In this document: positions 9,993-18,671 of the stretch, piece after piece
Position numbering within the stretch: position 1 is the stretch's first letter
How the letters are laid out: each line of letters begins with the position of its first letter
Assembly: GCA_013285595.1 (NCBI GenBank)
Contig: JABDHF010000005.1
Location: 5,777-69,776 of the forward strand
Length of the DNA: 64,000 nucleotides
Reading direction: 5' to 3'
Origin: Bacteroidota bacterium
GTDB taxonomy: Bacteria > Bacteroidota > Bacteroidia > Chitinophagales > Chitinophagaceae
Made by a program: the position numbers and the translations under genes
The notes under the pieces: model-generated
Databases searched by the model: none
Seen by the model: only the letters and a program-made list of their open reading frames with translations
Told to the model about the DNA's origin: nothing

Positions 9993-10068
9993 GCTTTTAA
10001 CGGTTTATTACTTATCATCTACACTACCTCCCTTACTGATAACAATCTAAAAACTTAGTGCAGAATAA

Positions 10069-10171
10069 TCCATATTTTGGAAAAAACATCCGGCTCATAG
10101 ACTATCTATTTAATAGAAATGCTAATAATTGATTGATTATCAATGAAATAAAAATTTGGCACGTAGTTGGT
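10069..10171 (+). promoter_or_regulatory. Enhancer pair, TTGA-N3-TCAA palindrome and sigma-54-like promoter
   Basis: TCCATATTTTGGA AAAAACA TCCGGCTCATAGA (10069-10101); TTGATTATCAA (10133-10143); TGGCACGTAGTTGGT (10157-10171). Confidence 0.72.
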
Positions 10172-10218
10172 TATATACCTAACAACAAAACAACCATAAC
10201 CACTCAAACACACACCAA

Positions 10219-10737
10219 ATGAAAAACCTCCTCAAAACCATCGTAACAGCAGCAGTAGTATTAGGATGCACCTCATCGGGCTTTGCCCAGGCAAGTGCAA
10301 CGGCATCTATCAACACTACGATTATCACCCCGATCGCTATTGCTAAAACCGCAGACCTGAATTTTGGTAACATAGCCGTATCTGCAACACTGGCAGGTAC
10401 AGCTACACTGGCTCCTGCAGGTACCCGCAGCACAGGCGGCGCAGGCGGCGTAACGCTACCAGCTACCACCGGTACTGTTACAGCAGCGGCCTTTACCGTA
10501 TCTGGCCAAGGCAATTATTCTTATATTATCAGCTTGCCGGCAAACTGCACGATCACATCGGCAGGGCATACAATGACGATGGCATCTTTTACCAGCAACC
10601 CATCTACAACCGGCCTTCTTAGTGCAGGCGGATCGCAAGCACTGACTGTAGGCGCTACACTGACAGTAGCTGCTGCACAGCCAGCGGGCACTTATACCAA
10701 CGTAACAGGTGTGCCAGTAACAGTAAACTATAACTAA
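10219..10737 (+). CDS. DUF4402-family pilin-like protein (copy 5)
   Basis: [17 protein letters not shown]; near-duplicate of copy 4 at 798 bp offset. Confidence 0.9.
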   Translation: MKNLLKTIVTAAVVLGCTSSGFAQASATASINTTIITPIAIAKTADLNFGNIAVSATLAGTATLAPAGTRSTGGAGGVTLPATTGTVTAAAFTVSGQGNYSYIISLPANCTITSAGHTMTMASFTSNPSTTGLLSAGGSQALTVGATLTVAAAQPAGTYTNVTGVPVTVNYN

Positions 10738-10759
10738 GCTACGCAATCAACCCAATAAT

Positions 10760-10789
10760 AAGCCTTCTGCTGCATGCAGGGGGCTTTTT
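10760..10789 (+). terminator. Rho-independent terminator
   Basis: AAGCCTTCTGC-TGCAT-GCAGGGGGCTT then TTT; homologous to 9962-9992. Confidence 0.7.
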
Positions 10790-10852
10790 GCTTTATATAA
10801 CGAGAAAGTAAAGACCAGCCTTTACTTTTGGCTTAACTTTGGACTGCCCCAC

Positions 10853-12100
10853 ATGAAGCAGCTATTCTTTAACCTAACACTGGCTTTCCGAGCTATACGT
10901 ACCAATAAGCTGCGTTCGGCGCTGACCATTGCTATCATAGGGCTGGGTATTATGGCGCTAATTGGTATTCTTACATCCATCGAGGTAATGAGGGCCAGTG
11001 TATATACCAATTTCAGCAGCATGGGTGTAAACACCTTCAGGATAACCAGCGATATAATAAAAAGCAAGCGGCACCGGGGAGGGGGTATGAATATAAGTGT
11101 AGCCGAAGGGCAAAACATAACCTATGAAGAGGCACGGGCGTTTAAGGACCGGTTTCACTTTCCGGCAACTGTGGGTATTTCTATGACAGGCACCGGGGTT
11201 GCGACAGTACACTACGGATCGGCTAAAAGCAACCCCAATGTGCGGGTGACAGGTGTTGACGAATCTTACCTGACCGTTTCGGACTCAAAAATAGAATATG
11301 GAAGAAATTTCTCGGGCTCAGAAATATTATCGGGTAATAATACGTGTATATTGGGTAACGGGATAGCCCAAAAGCTATTTAAGAATAACCATGCTGACGC
11401 CATAAACCAGGTAGTATCTGTAGGCGACGTGAAATGCAGGGTGATAGGCGTGCTGGAGGCAAAAGGCGGCAGCATGATGATGAATGCGGACAACGTGGTG
11501 ATGATACCGCTAAACACGGCAAGAGCGCTCTACGGAGGCGACAACTCTTACCTGCTAAGCGTATTAGTACCGGATGTAAAGATCAAAGACATAGCGGGTG
11601 AAGAGGCAGAGGGGCTGTTCAGGGTGGTGCGCAAGCTGCCGCTGGGCGCGAAAAACAATTTTACCGTGGTGCAAAATAGTGAAATAGTGACTGTGGTGAT
11701 GAACAGCATCACCTATATAGGCTGGGCGGCTGTGATCATAGGTATCATCACGTTGCTGGGATCTGTGATAGGGCTGATGAACATTATGCTGGTATCGGTA
11801 GCCGAGCGCACACGGGAAATAGGGGTGAGCAAGGCGCTGGGTGCGCGCTCATCGTCGATAAAAAAGCAGTTTCTTACAGAGTCTATCATGATCAGCCTTA
11901 TGGGTGGCGTGGTGGGTGTGATACTGGGTATGCTGATGGGCAACCTGGTGGGTATATTTTTCAAAGTGGGCTTTATTGTGCCCTGGCTGTGGATAGGGGT
12001 TGGGGTGTCGCTGTGTGCGGTTGTGGGTGTGCTTTCGGGTATTTACCCGGCAATCAAGGCATCCAAACTGGACCCTATAGTAGCGCTCAGGTATGAATAA
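10853..12100 (+). CDS. ABC transporter permease, MacB/FtsX family
   Basis: NKLRSALT...IIG N-terminus, [34 protein letters not shown]; TAACTTTG -7 box at 10834-10841. Confidence 0.92.
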   Translation: MKQLFFNLTLAFRAIRTNKLRSALTIAIIGLGIMALIGILTSIEVMRASVYTNFSSMGVNTFRITSDIIKSKRHRGGGMNISVAEGQNITYEEARAFKDRFHFPATVGISMTGTGVATVHYGSAKSNPNVRVTGVDESYLTVSDSKIEYGRNFSGSEILSGNNTCILGNGIAQKLFKNNHADAINQVVSVGDVKCRVIGVLEAKGGSMMMNADNVVMIPLNTARALYGGDNSYLLSVLVPDVKIKDIAGEEAEGLFRVVRKLPLGAKNNFTVVQNSEIVTVVMNSITYIGWAAVIIGIITLLGSVIGLMNIMLVSVAERTREIGVSKALGARSSSIKKQFLTESIMISLMGGVVGVILGMLMGNLVGIFFKVGFIVPWLWIGVGVSLCAVVGVLSGIYPAIKASKLDPIVALRYE

Positions 12101-12236
12101 CAGCGGCTTTTTGTGGCCGCAAGAGGCAATTTGAGCGCATTACCCCTTGAAAACCTGCGTTATCCATCGGTTAAATCAGCTAACACAGCATGCATTAATG
12201 AATTAATCATTATTTTTGTTTGTAATCAAAAAAAGT

Positions 12237-13688
12237 ATGTCGTTAAGAAGTGCATTCCTGTTTTTGTCTGCGGCATTCTTTACATGCTTTGTATTGCGGC
12301 CGACGCCTTGTATTGCACAATCCTTCTATTTCAGTGTGGGTACAAATAAGGCCTCATACAGCCCGTCTACCATACATGTAAGCCAAAGCGAGCTAGGCAA
12401 CAGCTACGACCTTGTGCATGTAAAAGCGGATAATAAGACACACGCGCCATTCTCGATATACCAACTTAATTACCGGCTGGGGTATTATTGCAACTATGAG
12501 CAAACGCTGGGCATTGAGTTTAACTACGACCCGGTAAACTACCATGTGAAAGACGGGCAGAACGTAACGCTGTCGGGCATGGTAAACGGCATACCTAAAG
12601 TGAACAGAACCATCAACTTTTCGGCAAAAAACGGGTACCTATATAAGTATGACGGAGCAAACCTGATGCTGCTGAATATTGTAAAGCGGATAGATGTATA
12701 CCATACCAACAATAAGAAGATCAGGGTTGATGCCATACTGAAAGGCGGCGTAGGCCCTGTGATGCCGCATGTGCAAAACAGCCTGCCGCTGGATGCCTTT
12801 GATAACCCGCAACTGGAATGGGGAGGATGGAATGCGGGCTTTGAAACAGCGGTGCGGGTTTCTATTTACAAATATGGGTTTGTAGAAGTGGCCGGCAAGT
12901 ATGACTATGCAGAATTCAGCGGCATCAATACTTACCAGGGCACTACGAGCCAGAAGCTAAGCACTTATGAAGGCATAGCAAGCATTGGCGTGGCGATACC
13001 TACCAGGAAGCATAACCCGCTGTTTTATGCACAAACGATAGTTACTATAATACCTGTGTTTGTAGATAAAAAAGATAAGGAAGACAAGCAAAATGCAAAG
13101 GATAGTACGCTTACATCGGACTTTCCGGCGCTGACAGATATACCGGAATTCTCGGAAATAGCTGACCGCGATGAGAAACATAAGTCGCGCGATAGTCTGG
13201 CGCAGGCGATGCGCACCTATTATGACTCCGTAACTGCAAACGAGCGCAAGAAGGATAGCATAATGACCCGGGAGATGAACGACAGCCTGAATACACCGGC
13301 TAAAGCACCAGCGAATGAACCTGCTGCAAACAAGGGTGGCAGCATAAATGTAGACAGCCTGGAAAATAAACTGATGCAGCAAGGCAACGCCGCCCCAGCC
13401 CCACCTGTGGTGCAGCCGACTATGAGCAAGAAAGACCTGAAGCGGCTGGAAAAACAACAGAAGAAAGACAAGAAGAAACTAGAAAAGCAGCAGGAAGAGG
13501 ACAAGCAAAAGAAAGACGCCGAAGAAAAAGCGGCGAAAGAAAAGGAAGACGGTCCTAAAACTGATAACGCCGATAAAAAGGAAACCAGCACAGAGGAGAA
13601 GAAAGCTGATACCCCACCACCTGCTGAGACCGAGAAAAAAGAAGCCCCGGCAGATATTCCGCCATCGGCGGATCCTGATAAAAAGTAG
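12237..13688 (+). CDS. Exported protein: probable outer-membrane beta-barrel N-domain plus long charged low-complexity tail
   Basis: Start set at ATG 12237; signal peptide ending CIA-Q; alternating aromatic beta strands to about residue 255, then a K/E/D/P-rich tail. Confidence 0.7.
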   Translation: MSLRSAFLFLSAAFFTCFVLRPTPCIAQSFYFSVGTNKASYSPSTIHVSQSELGNSYDLVHVKADNKTHAPFSIYQLNYRLGYYCNYEQTLGIEFNYDPVNYHVKDGQNVTLSGMVNGIPKVNRTINFSAKNGYLYKYDGANLMLLNIVKRIDVYHTNNKKIRVDAILKGGVGPVMPHVQNSLPLDAFDNPQLEWGGWNAGFETAVRVSIYKYGFVEVAGKYDYAEFSGINTYQGTTSQKLSTYEGIASIGVAIPTRKHNPLFYAQTIVTIIPVFVDKKDKEDKQNAKDSTLTSDFPALTDIPEFSEIADRDEKHKSRDSLAQAMRTYYDSVTANERKKDSIMTREMNDSLNTPAKAPANEPAANKGGSINVDSLENKLMQQGNAAPAPPVVQPTMSKKDLKRLEKQQKKDKKKLEKQQEEDKQKKDAEEKAAKEKEDGPKTDNADKKETSTEEKKADTPPPAETEKKEAPADIPPSADPDKK

Positions 13689-13697
13689 AGATCGCGG

Positions 13698-14144
13698 CTA
13701 CCCTTCGTAGCCTACATCTTCGAGAAGGTTGCGGCCATCTGCTGCGGTTGTGGCCAGTACGTCGCAGCGGTTGTTCCACTTGTTGTCGGCATGGCCCTTT
13801 ACCCAAACGAATTTTATGCGATGCTTTTTGTGCTGCTCTAAATATTGCTTCCAGAGGTCTGCATTTTTTTTGCCCTGGAAACCTTTTTTTACCCAGCCGA
13901 AAACCCAGCCTTTCTCTACGGAATTTACTACGTAAGCTGAATCGGTGTAAATGGTGATGTCGAGACCATCGCGCGTGAGGAGTTGAAGCGCGGCTATCAC
14001 CGCCATTAACTCCATGCGGTTATTGGTAGTATGCTTGTAGCCCTGTGATATTTCTTTTATCGTAGTGCCCCAATGCAATACTGCACCATACCCTCCAGGG
14101 CCGGGGTTGCCACGTGCTGCGCCATCTGTATATATTACCAGCAT
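13698..14144 (-). CDS. rnhA: Ribonuclease HI
   Basis: IYTDGAARGNPGPGGYG, TTNNRMEL, TDSAYV, WVKGHA. Confidence 0.97.
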   Translation of the reverse strand: MLVIYTDGAARGNPGPGGYGAVLHWGTTIKEISQGYKHTTNNRMELMAVIAALQLLTRDGLDITIYTDSAYVVNSVEKGWVFGWVKKGFQGKKNADLWKQYLEQHKKHRIKFVWVKGHADNKWNNRCDVLATTAADGRNLLEDVGYEG

Positions 14145-14283
14145 TGTTTGTTTAAGTTAAAAGCCAAAAGTTAAAACCAAAAAGTTTGTATTACTTAATA
14201 AAGACGCCGATTGTTTTGTCCGGAAAATTACGTATTTGTAAAATGAGGGGCCCTTTTTGGGCTTTAACTTTTGACTTCCTTAG

Positions 14284-15381
14284 TTATTCCCACTTAAATA
14301 CCTTTCCGGCGACTGCATAGATGATGACACCCCAAACGAGGAGTGCCAGAATATCGAGCCTGATGGTCCAGAAATTAGCGCCCTCGAAGGACATTTTGCG
14401 CAAGGCATCATTGAGGAAACTAAGCGGCAATGCTTTGCAAAAGGGCTGCATCCAAGCGGGGAAATTATCTGTAGAAAAGAAGGTGCCGGCGAGCAGCATC
14501 TGCGGCATAACAATGAGATTAGAGACAATGGGTATGGTAGCATCGCTCTTGGAAACGCTGCCAACTATAAATCCAAAGCCCATGAAGATAAGTATAGATA
14601 GGGCGCATACCAGAAACATATTGAGAAACGTGGCGAAACCATTGTATAATGTGAACCCGAAAACAAAATAACCCAGCCCAATGATCACTACAACGCTGAC
14701 CAACTGGAACAGCATACGGGCGATACCCTCACTTACTACAATGACCTCTTTGCGTACGGGGGTTGCGAAAAAGCGCTTTAAAACCAGTGTATTTCTGAGA
14801 TTAAAAAATACAAATGCTGTGCCGAAAACGCCTGATGCGAGCAGAGAAAAGCTAAGCTGTCCCGGGAGGATAAAATCGATCGTTTTATAGTCACGCACTT
14901 CTGATACGTGCATATCTATACTGGCTATCTCTTCCTGCCTTTTTTGTATTTCCGGGTCTTGCTGGGCAACCACGGAGGCAAGGATATTTTTTAGCTGCTG
15001 GGCTTTGTCGACCTCACTTGACGCGGCATTGATGCGTACTTTATATTCGGGCTTTGCGCCTTCCGGTTGTTTCTGGATGGCGATGGTGGCTACAATATCT
15101 CCCTGCTTCAGTAGTTTATTAATGGAGGCGGTATCTTTTGATGTCCATTTTAGTACAGGTATGTTGTGCAGTATGGCGTACAGGCGATTTGTGGTGTCGC
15201 TGCCCGGGGCTGCCGCTACATGTATACTGAATGTAGACCCTGACCCCATAAACCCGAACACAAGGATAAAAATGAGCGGAAAGGCAAAGGCGAAAAATAT
15301 AGCAGAGGGCGTTTTGAGTATTGCTTGTAAGCTTGCCTTTATCAATGAGCGCATTGCGTGCGCATTACTGTATTTTGCCAT
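14284..15381 (-). CDS. ABC-2 type transporter permease
   Basis: N-terminal TM, extracytoplasmic loop, DFILPG, five C-terminal TMs, ends FKWE. Confidence 0.88.
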   Translation of the reverse strand: MAKYSNAHAMRSLIKASLQAILKTPSAIFFAFAFPLIFILVFGFMGSGSTFSIHVAAAPGSDTTNRLYAILHNIPVLKWTSKDTASINKLLKQGDIVATIAIQKQPEGAKPEYKVRINAASSEVDKAQQLKNILASVVAQQDPEIQKRQEEIASIDMHVSEVRDYKTIDFILPGQLSFSLLASGVFGTAFVFFNLRNTLVLKRFFATPVRKEVIVVSEGIARMLFQLVSVVVIIGLGYFVFGFTLYNGFATFLNMFLVCALSILIFMGFGFIVGSVSKSDATIPIVSNLIVMPQMLLAGTFFSTDNFPAWMQPFCKALPLSFLNDALRKMSFEGANFWTIRLDILALLVWGVIIYAVAGKVFKWE

Positions 15382-15433
15382 GTAGGTATTTGCTGTGGGG
15401 CAAAGGTAAGGAAAAGTGCAGGAGCCTTGGCAA

Positions 15434-16690
15434 CTACCTGTTGAACAGGATCTTTAAATAAAAAGAAGGTTTGCTGAGCTGTTCGCGGAGATCCATGTCG
15501 GTGAACATACAGCTGATGGTGTTGCGGAGGGAGGGGCTTTTGTATGCCTTGTTCACCACATAATTAAAAAGCCAGGGGTACTTGCACAGGCGCTGCAGGG
15601 TGGCGCTTACCTTAAACTCATCGCCCAGTCGCTTATATACCACATCGTCGTAGGCTGTTTTCAGAAATGCAGCGGAGTAGTTGTTTTGCTCTACTGCCTG
15701 CTGAATGGCTGTTGCCGCAAGCATACCACTGTATAGTGCATTGCCAATACCCTCTCCGCTGAAGGGGTCTATGAGGCATGCAGCATCGCCGGTGAGCATA
15801 AAGTTATTGCCCGACATGGGTTGACGCTCCATGGCAAGGGGAAGGCCCCAGCCTTGTATCTTATCCACAAGCTTTGCATTAGCGAAGCGGGGGGCTATCT
15901 GAGGGTTATTGGCAATAGCGTACAGCATCTGCCCGCGCAGGTTTATTTTCTTCTCCCGAATCCTTTCTGACAGGATGCCTACGCCTACATTTGCCATGCC
16001 ATTGGGCAGCGGGAATATCCATAGGTAGCCGGGCAGCATCTCCGGGAGAAAGTGGAGCTCTATGAAGTTATCTTTGTGCAACCCTGTGACGCCTTCGTAA
16101 TATGCCCTAAGGCCTACTGCTGATGTTTTGGGGTTTGTGCTTTCATTTAGAAAGGTTTTGCGGACGAGGCTTTTATCTCCATCTGCACCTACAAGTATTG
16201 GGGCGGAGATAGTGAGCTCTGCATGCTGATGAATTAGTTGCACGATCGCTTTGCCGCCTGTAACCTCTATGTTTTTAATATCAGCGCCTTGCAATATGGT
16301 GCAGTAGGGCGATGGCATCTTCCTGAATAAGAAATCATCAAACACGAGCCGGGGTAAGGTAAAGCCGGGGGCTTTTGTTTCTTTGGTGCGGTTTGCGGTA
16401 AAGGGTATATTTAGCGCCTTGCCATTGGGGGCAACAAAGGTGATGCCCCACGATGGCAGGAAGGTTTTGGGGTCTTGTAGTATTTCTGTTAACCATTCGG
16501 GGTTTGCCCTGTTTATTACCAGCGCTGTTTTACCGCTGCAAGCATCGCCGCAAACTTTATCTCTCGGGAAGGTTTCTTTGTCAATGACGAGGTGGGGTAT
16601 CTTATTCTTCGAAAGAAAGAAAGAAGTACCGGCACCGGCAGGGCCGGCGCCTATTATTATTGCTGTTGTTTCTAATGACTTGACATTCAT
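15434..16690 (-). CDS. Geranylgeranyl reductase-family FAD oxidoreductase
   Basis: Start set at ATG 16690; IIGAGPAG, FPRDKVCGD, GADG, GYLWIFP, GDAACLIDPFSGEGI. Confidence 0.9.
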   Translation of the reverse strand: MNVKSLETTAIIIGAGPAGAGTSFFLSKNKIPHLVIDKETFPRDKVCGDACSGKTALVINRANPEWLTEILQDPKTFLPSWGITFVAPNGKALNIPFTANRTKETKAPGFTLPRLVFDDFLFRKMPSPYCTILQGADIKNIEVTGGKAIVQLIHQHAELTISAPILVGADGDKSLVRKTFLNESTNPKTSAVGLRAYYEGVTGLHKDNFIELHFLPEMLPGYLWIFPLPNGMANVGVGILSERIREKKINLRGQMLYAIANNPQIAPRFANAKLVDKIQGWGLPLAMERQPMSGNNFMLTGDAACLIDPFSGEGIGNALYSGMLAATAIQQAVEQNNYSAAFLKTAYDDVVYKRLGDEFKVSATLQRLCKYPWLFNYVVNKAYKSPSLRNTISCMFTDMDLREQLSKPSFYLKILFNR

Positions 16691-16794
16691 TCGGGGTTCC
16701 AAATATAGAGCTAATCCTTGTGAAGGTGTGGAAAGCATGCAAAGCCTCTTGCAATAAATAATTGGTTTACTTTGCTCGAAACCAATTTCAACAT

Positions 16795-17262
16795 ATGCAA
16801 CTAAAACCAGGAGATAAAGCCCCGTCATTTACTGCTGCTGACCAGGATGGGAATGTGCATTCGCTGAAGGATTACAAGGGTAAGAAAGTTGTGCTTTACT
16901 TCTACCCTAAGGATAATACGGAAACTTGTATAAAGGAGGCTTGCAACCTGCGCGATAATTATGCCTTGCTGCAAAAGAAAGACATAGTGGTGCTGGGTGT
17001 GAGCCTGGATGACGAGAAGAGCCACAAGAAGTTTGAGAAGAAGTTCAGCCTGCCCTTTACCCTTCTTGCCGACCCTGAAAAGAAGATCATTAATCACTAT
17101 GGCGTGTGGGCAGAGAAGTTTTTTATGGGCCGTTATTTCATGGGGACGTTGCGCACTACTTTTCTCATCAATGAAAAAGGGAAAATAGACCATATAATAG
17201 AGAAAGTGGTGAGCAAAGACCATGCGGCGCAGATACTGGAGGCGTGGGGAATAGTTTTGTAG
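16795..17262 (+). CDS. bcp: Thioredoxin-dependent peroxiredoxin (BCP/PrxQ)
   Basis: VLYFYPKDNTETCIKEAC, RTTFLI; start at ATG 16795. Confidence 0.92.
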   Translation: MQLKPGDKAPSFTAADQDGNVHSLKDYKGKKVVLYFYPKDNTETCIKEACNLRDNYALLQKKDIVVLGVSLDDEKSHKKFEKKFSLPFTLLADPEKKIINHYGVWAEKFFMGRYFMGTLRTTFLINEKGKIDHIIEKVVSKDHAAQILEAWGIVL

Positions 17263-17280
17263 CTCGTAATTAACGCTTCC

Positions 17281-17346
17281 GGAATGCTATTTGGCGTCGC
17301 ATTATGTTCTCAACATGCCATGGTTCGACGGGGCTCACCATGACAG
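17281..17346 (+). repeat. Interspersed REP-like element, copy 1 (copy 2 at 47119-47183, inverted)
   Basis: GGAATGCTATTTGGC...CTCAACATGCCATGGTTCGACGGGGCTCACCATGACAG; 38-bp core matches the reverse complement of 47119-47156 with 2 mismatches. Confidence 0.8.
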
Positions 17347-17425
17347 AATATGCATTTGACCATTTGCCTGATAACCAATTAATTATCAATCACCCACAAG
17401 CTAATCCCAAATACTCAATCAAATA

Positions 17426-17459
17426 AAGCGGCACTATCTTTTTTGAGATAGTGCCGCTT
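17426..17459. terminator. Hairpin terminator between convergent bcp and rpoZ
   Basis: AAGCGGCACTATCT-TTTTTG-AGATAGTGCCGCTT, perfect 14-bp stem. Confidence 0.75.
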
Positions 17460-17474
17460 CCATATCTTGTAGGC

Positions 17475-17798
17475 TTATTTTTTACGATAGTAAACCTGGT
17501 CGTCGTTGAATTCGGTCATAGCCTGGAGCGCTGGGTTTGCCATACGCTCATAAATGCGCGATATTTCTATCTGCTCTTTATTTTCATGCACTTCTTCCAG
17601 GTTGTCGCCATGCACGGTAAACTCGTCGAGCTTTCTGTGCAGCTCTTCCTTCATGGTTACAGATATCTGGTTTGCACGGCGGGATATTACGGCAATCGAC
17701 TCATACAGGTTACCGGTTTTTTCCTTCATTGCTATTACATCGCGTGTTTCCACAAGTGGATTAACAGATGTCAGCGACCTTCTATTTGTGTTGCTCAT
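17475..17798 (-). CDS. rpoZ: RNA polymerase omega subunit (Bacteroidota type)
   Basis: TGNLYESIAVISRRANQI, LEEVHENKEQIEISRIYE; directly downstream of bamD as is typical in the phylum. Confidence 0.88.
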   Translation of the reverse strand: MSNTNRRSLTSVNPLVETRDVIAMKEKTGNLYESIAVISRRANQISVTMKEELHRKLDEFTVHGDNLEEVHENKEQIEISRIYERMANPALQAMTEFNDDQVYYRKK

Positions 17799-18600
17799 TT
17801 CTAATTTTTTTTACGTTATTGTCTGCGGTGGTATAAATCTTATCCGCATCTGTAATATACTTAGATTGCGGATAACTGTCTTTTAATTCTTTATATGCGC
17901 CTATAGCTGTAGCATAGCGTTCCTCCTGCTTTTCAGGAATACTTGATTTTGCGAACTTGAACATCGCCCTCATGATCATGAACTGGTAAAGATCGGCATT
18001 CGGCGATTCAGGATAGTTGTGCAATACGCTTTTATAAGCTACAGTTGCTGCTTTGTACTGGCCAATGTTGAAATACAGCTTTGCTGCATCGGCCTGCTTC
18101 ATCTCCAGCTTTTTGCGCGATTCGTCTATGTACTTATTTGCTTCTGCTATCTTACTTGATGTAGGATACCTGTTTGCGTAGGACTGCAGGGCCTCCAGCG
18201 ACTTCACGGTATTGGTCTGGTCGAGTGAGTACTTTGGTGCATATTTATACAGGCATACAGCGCTCATAAACTCGCACTCTTCGGCGTCTTTGCTGGTAGG
18301 GAAATACTCGGTGAAATTCTTAAAATAGTACGACGCCTCTATATAGTCTTTCATATAGTAGAAGGTGTAGGCATACTTGTAAAACAGGGCTTCATAGTTG
18401 CGCGTGCTCTTCATTATGGGCAACAACTCCTTATACAGCTCATTGGCATGCTGATAATCTTTCTTGTCGAAATATTCGTTTGCCTTTGTAAGCTTGTAGT
18501 TTACATCGCTGCTCTTGCGAATCTTTTCGAAGTGCCCGCAAGAGCTAAATAATGTAACACAAATCAATAAAAATAATGCGTTGCGCAGCCGTAATTGCAT
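17782..18600 (-). CDS. bamD: Outer membrane assembly lipoprotein BamD
   Basis: Lipobox LFSSC, TPR helices, YSLDQTNT motif; start at ATG 18600. Confidence 0.9.
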   Translation of the reverse strand: MQLRLRNALFLLICVTLFSSCGHFEKIRKSSDVNYKLTKANEYFDKKDYQHANELYKELLPIMKSTRNYEALFYKYAYTFYYMKDYIEASYYFKNFTEYFPTSKDAEECEFMSAVCLYKYAPKYSLDQTNTVKSLEALQSYANRYPTSSKIAEANKYIDESRKKLEMKQADAAKLYFNIGQYKAATVAYKSVLHNYPESPNADLYQFMIMRAMFKFAKSSIPEKQEERYATAIGAYKELKDSYPQSKYITDADKIYTTADNNVKKIRNEQHK

Positions 18601-18671
18601 AAAGGGATGCAAATATATTGAAAAAACAGGGTTTTCCACCATGCTATTTGTTAAAAACGAACGATAAATAT

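Noticed and set aside
7847-10143. TTGA...TCAA palindromes as FNR/CRP sites
   Set aside because: FNR needs TTGAT-N4-ATCAA (14 bp); these are 11 bp
7500-10800. CRISPR array or diversity-generating retroelement behind the repeated units
   Set aside because: No constant repeat-spacer periodicity, no cas or reverse transcriptase gene, and paralog differences are not adenine-specific
15434-16828. Long N-terminal extension of the reductase overlapping bcp
   Set aside because: The Rossmann motif begins right after Met at 16690; the extension would overlap a divergent gene
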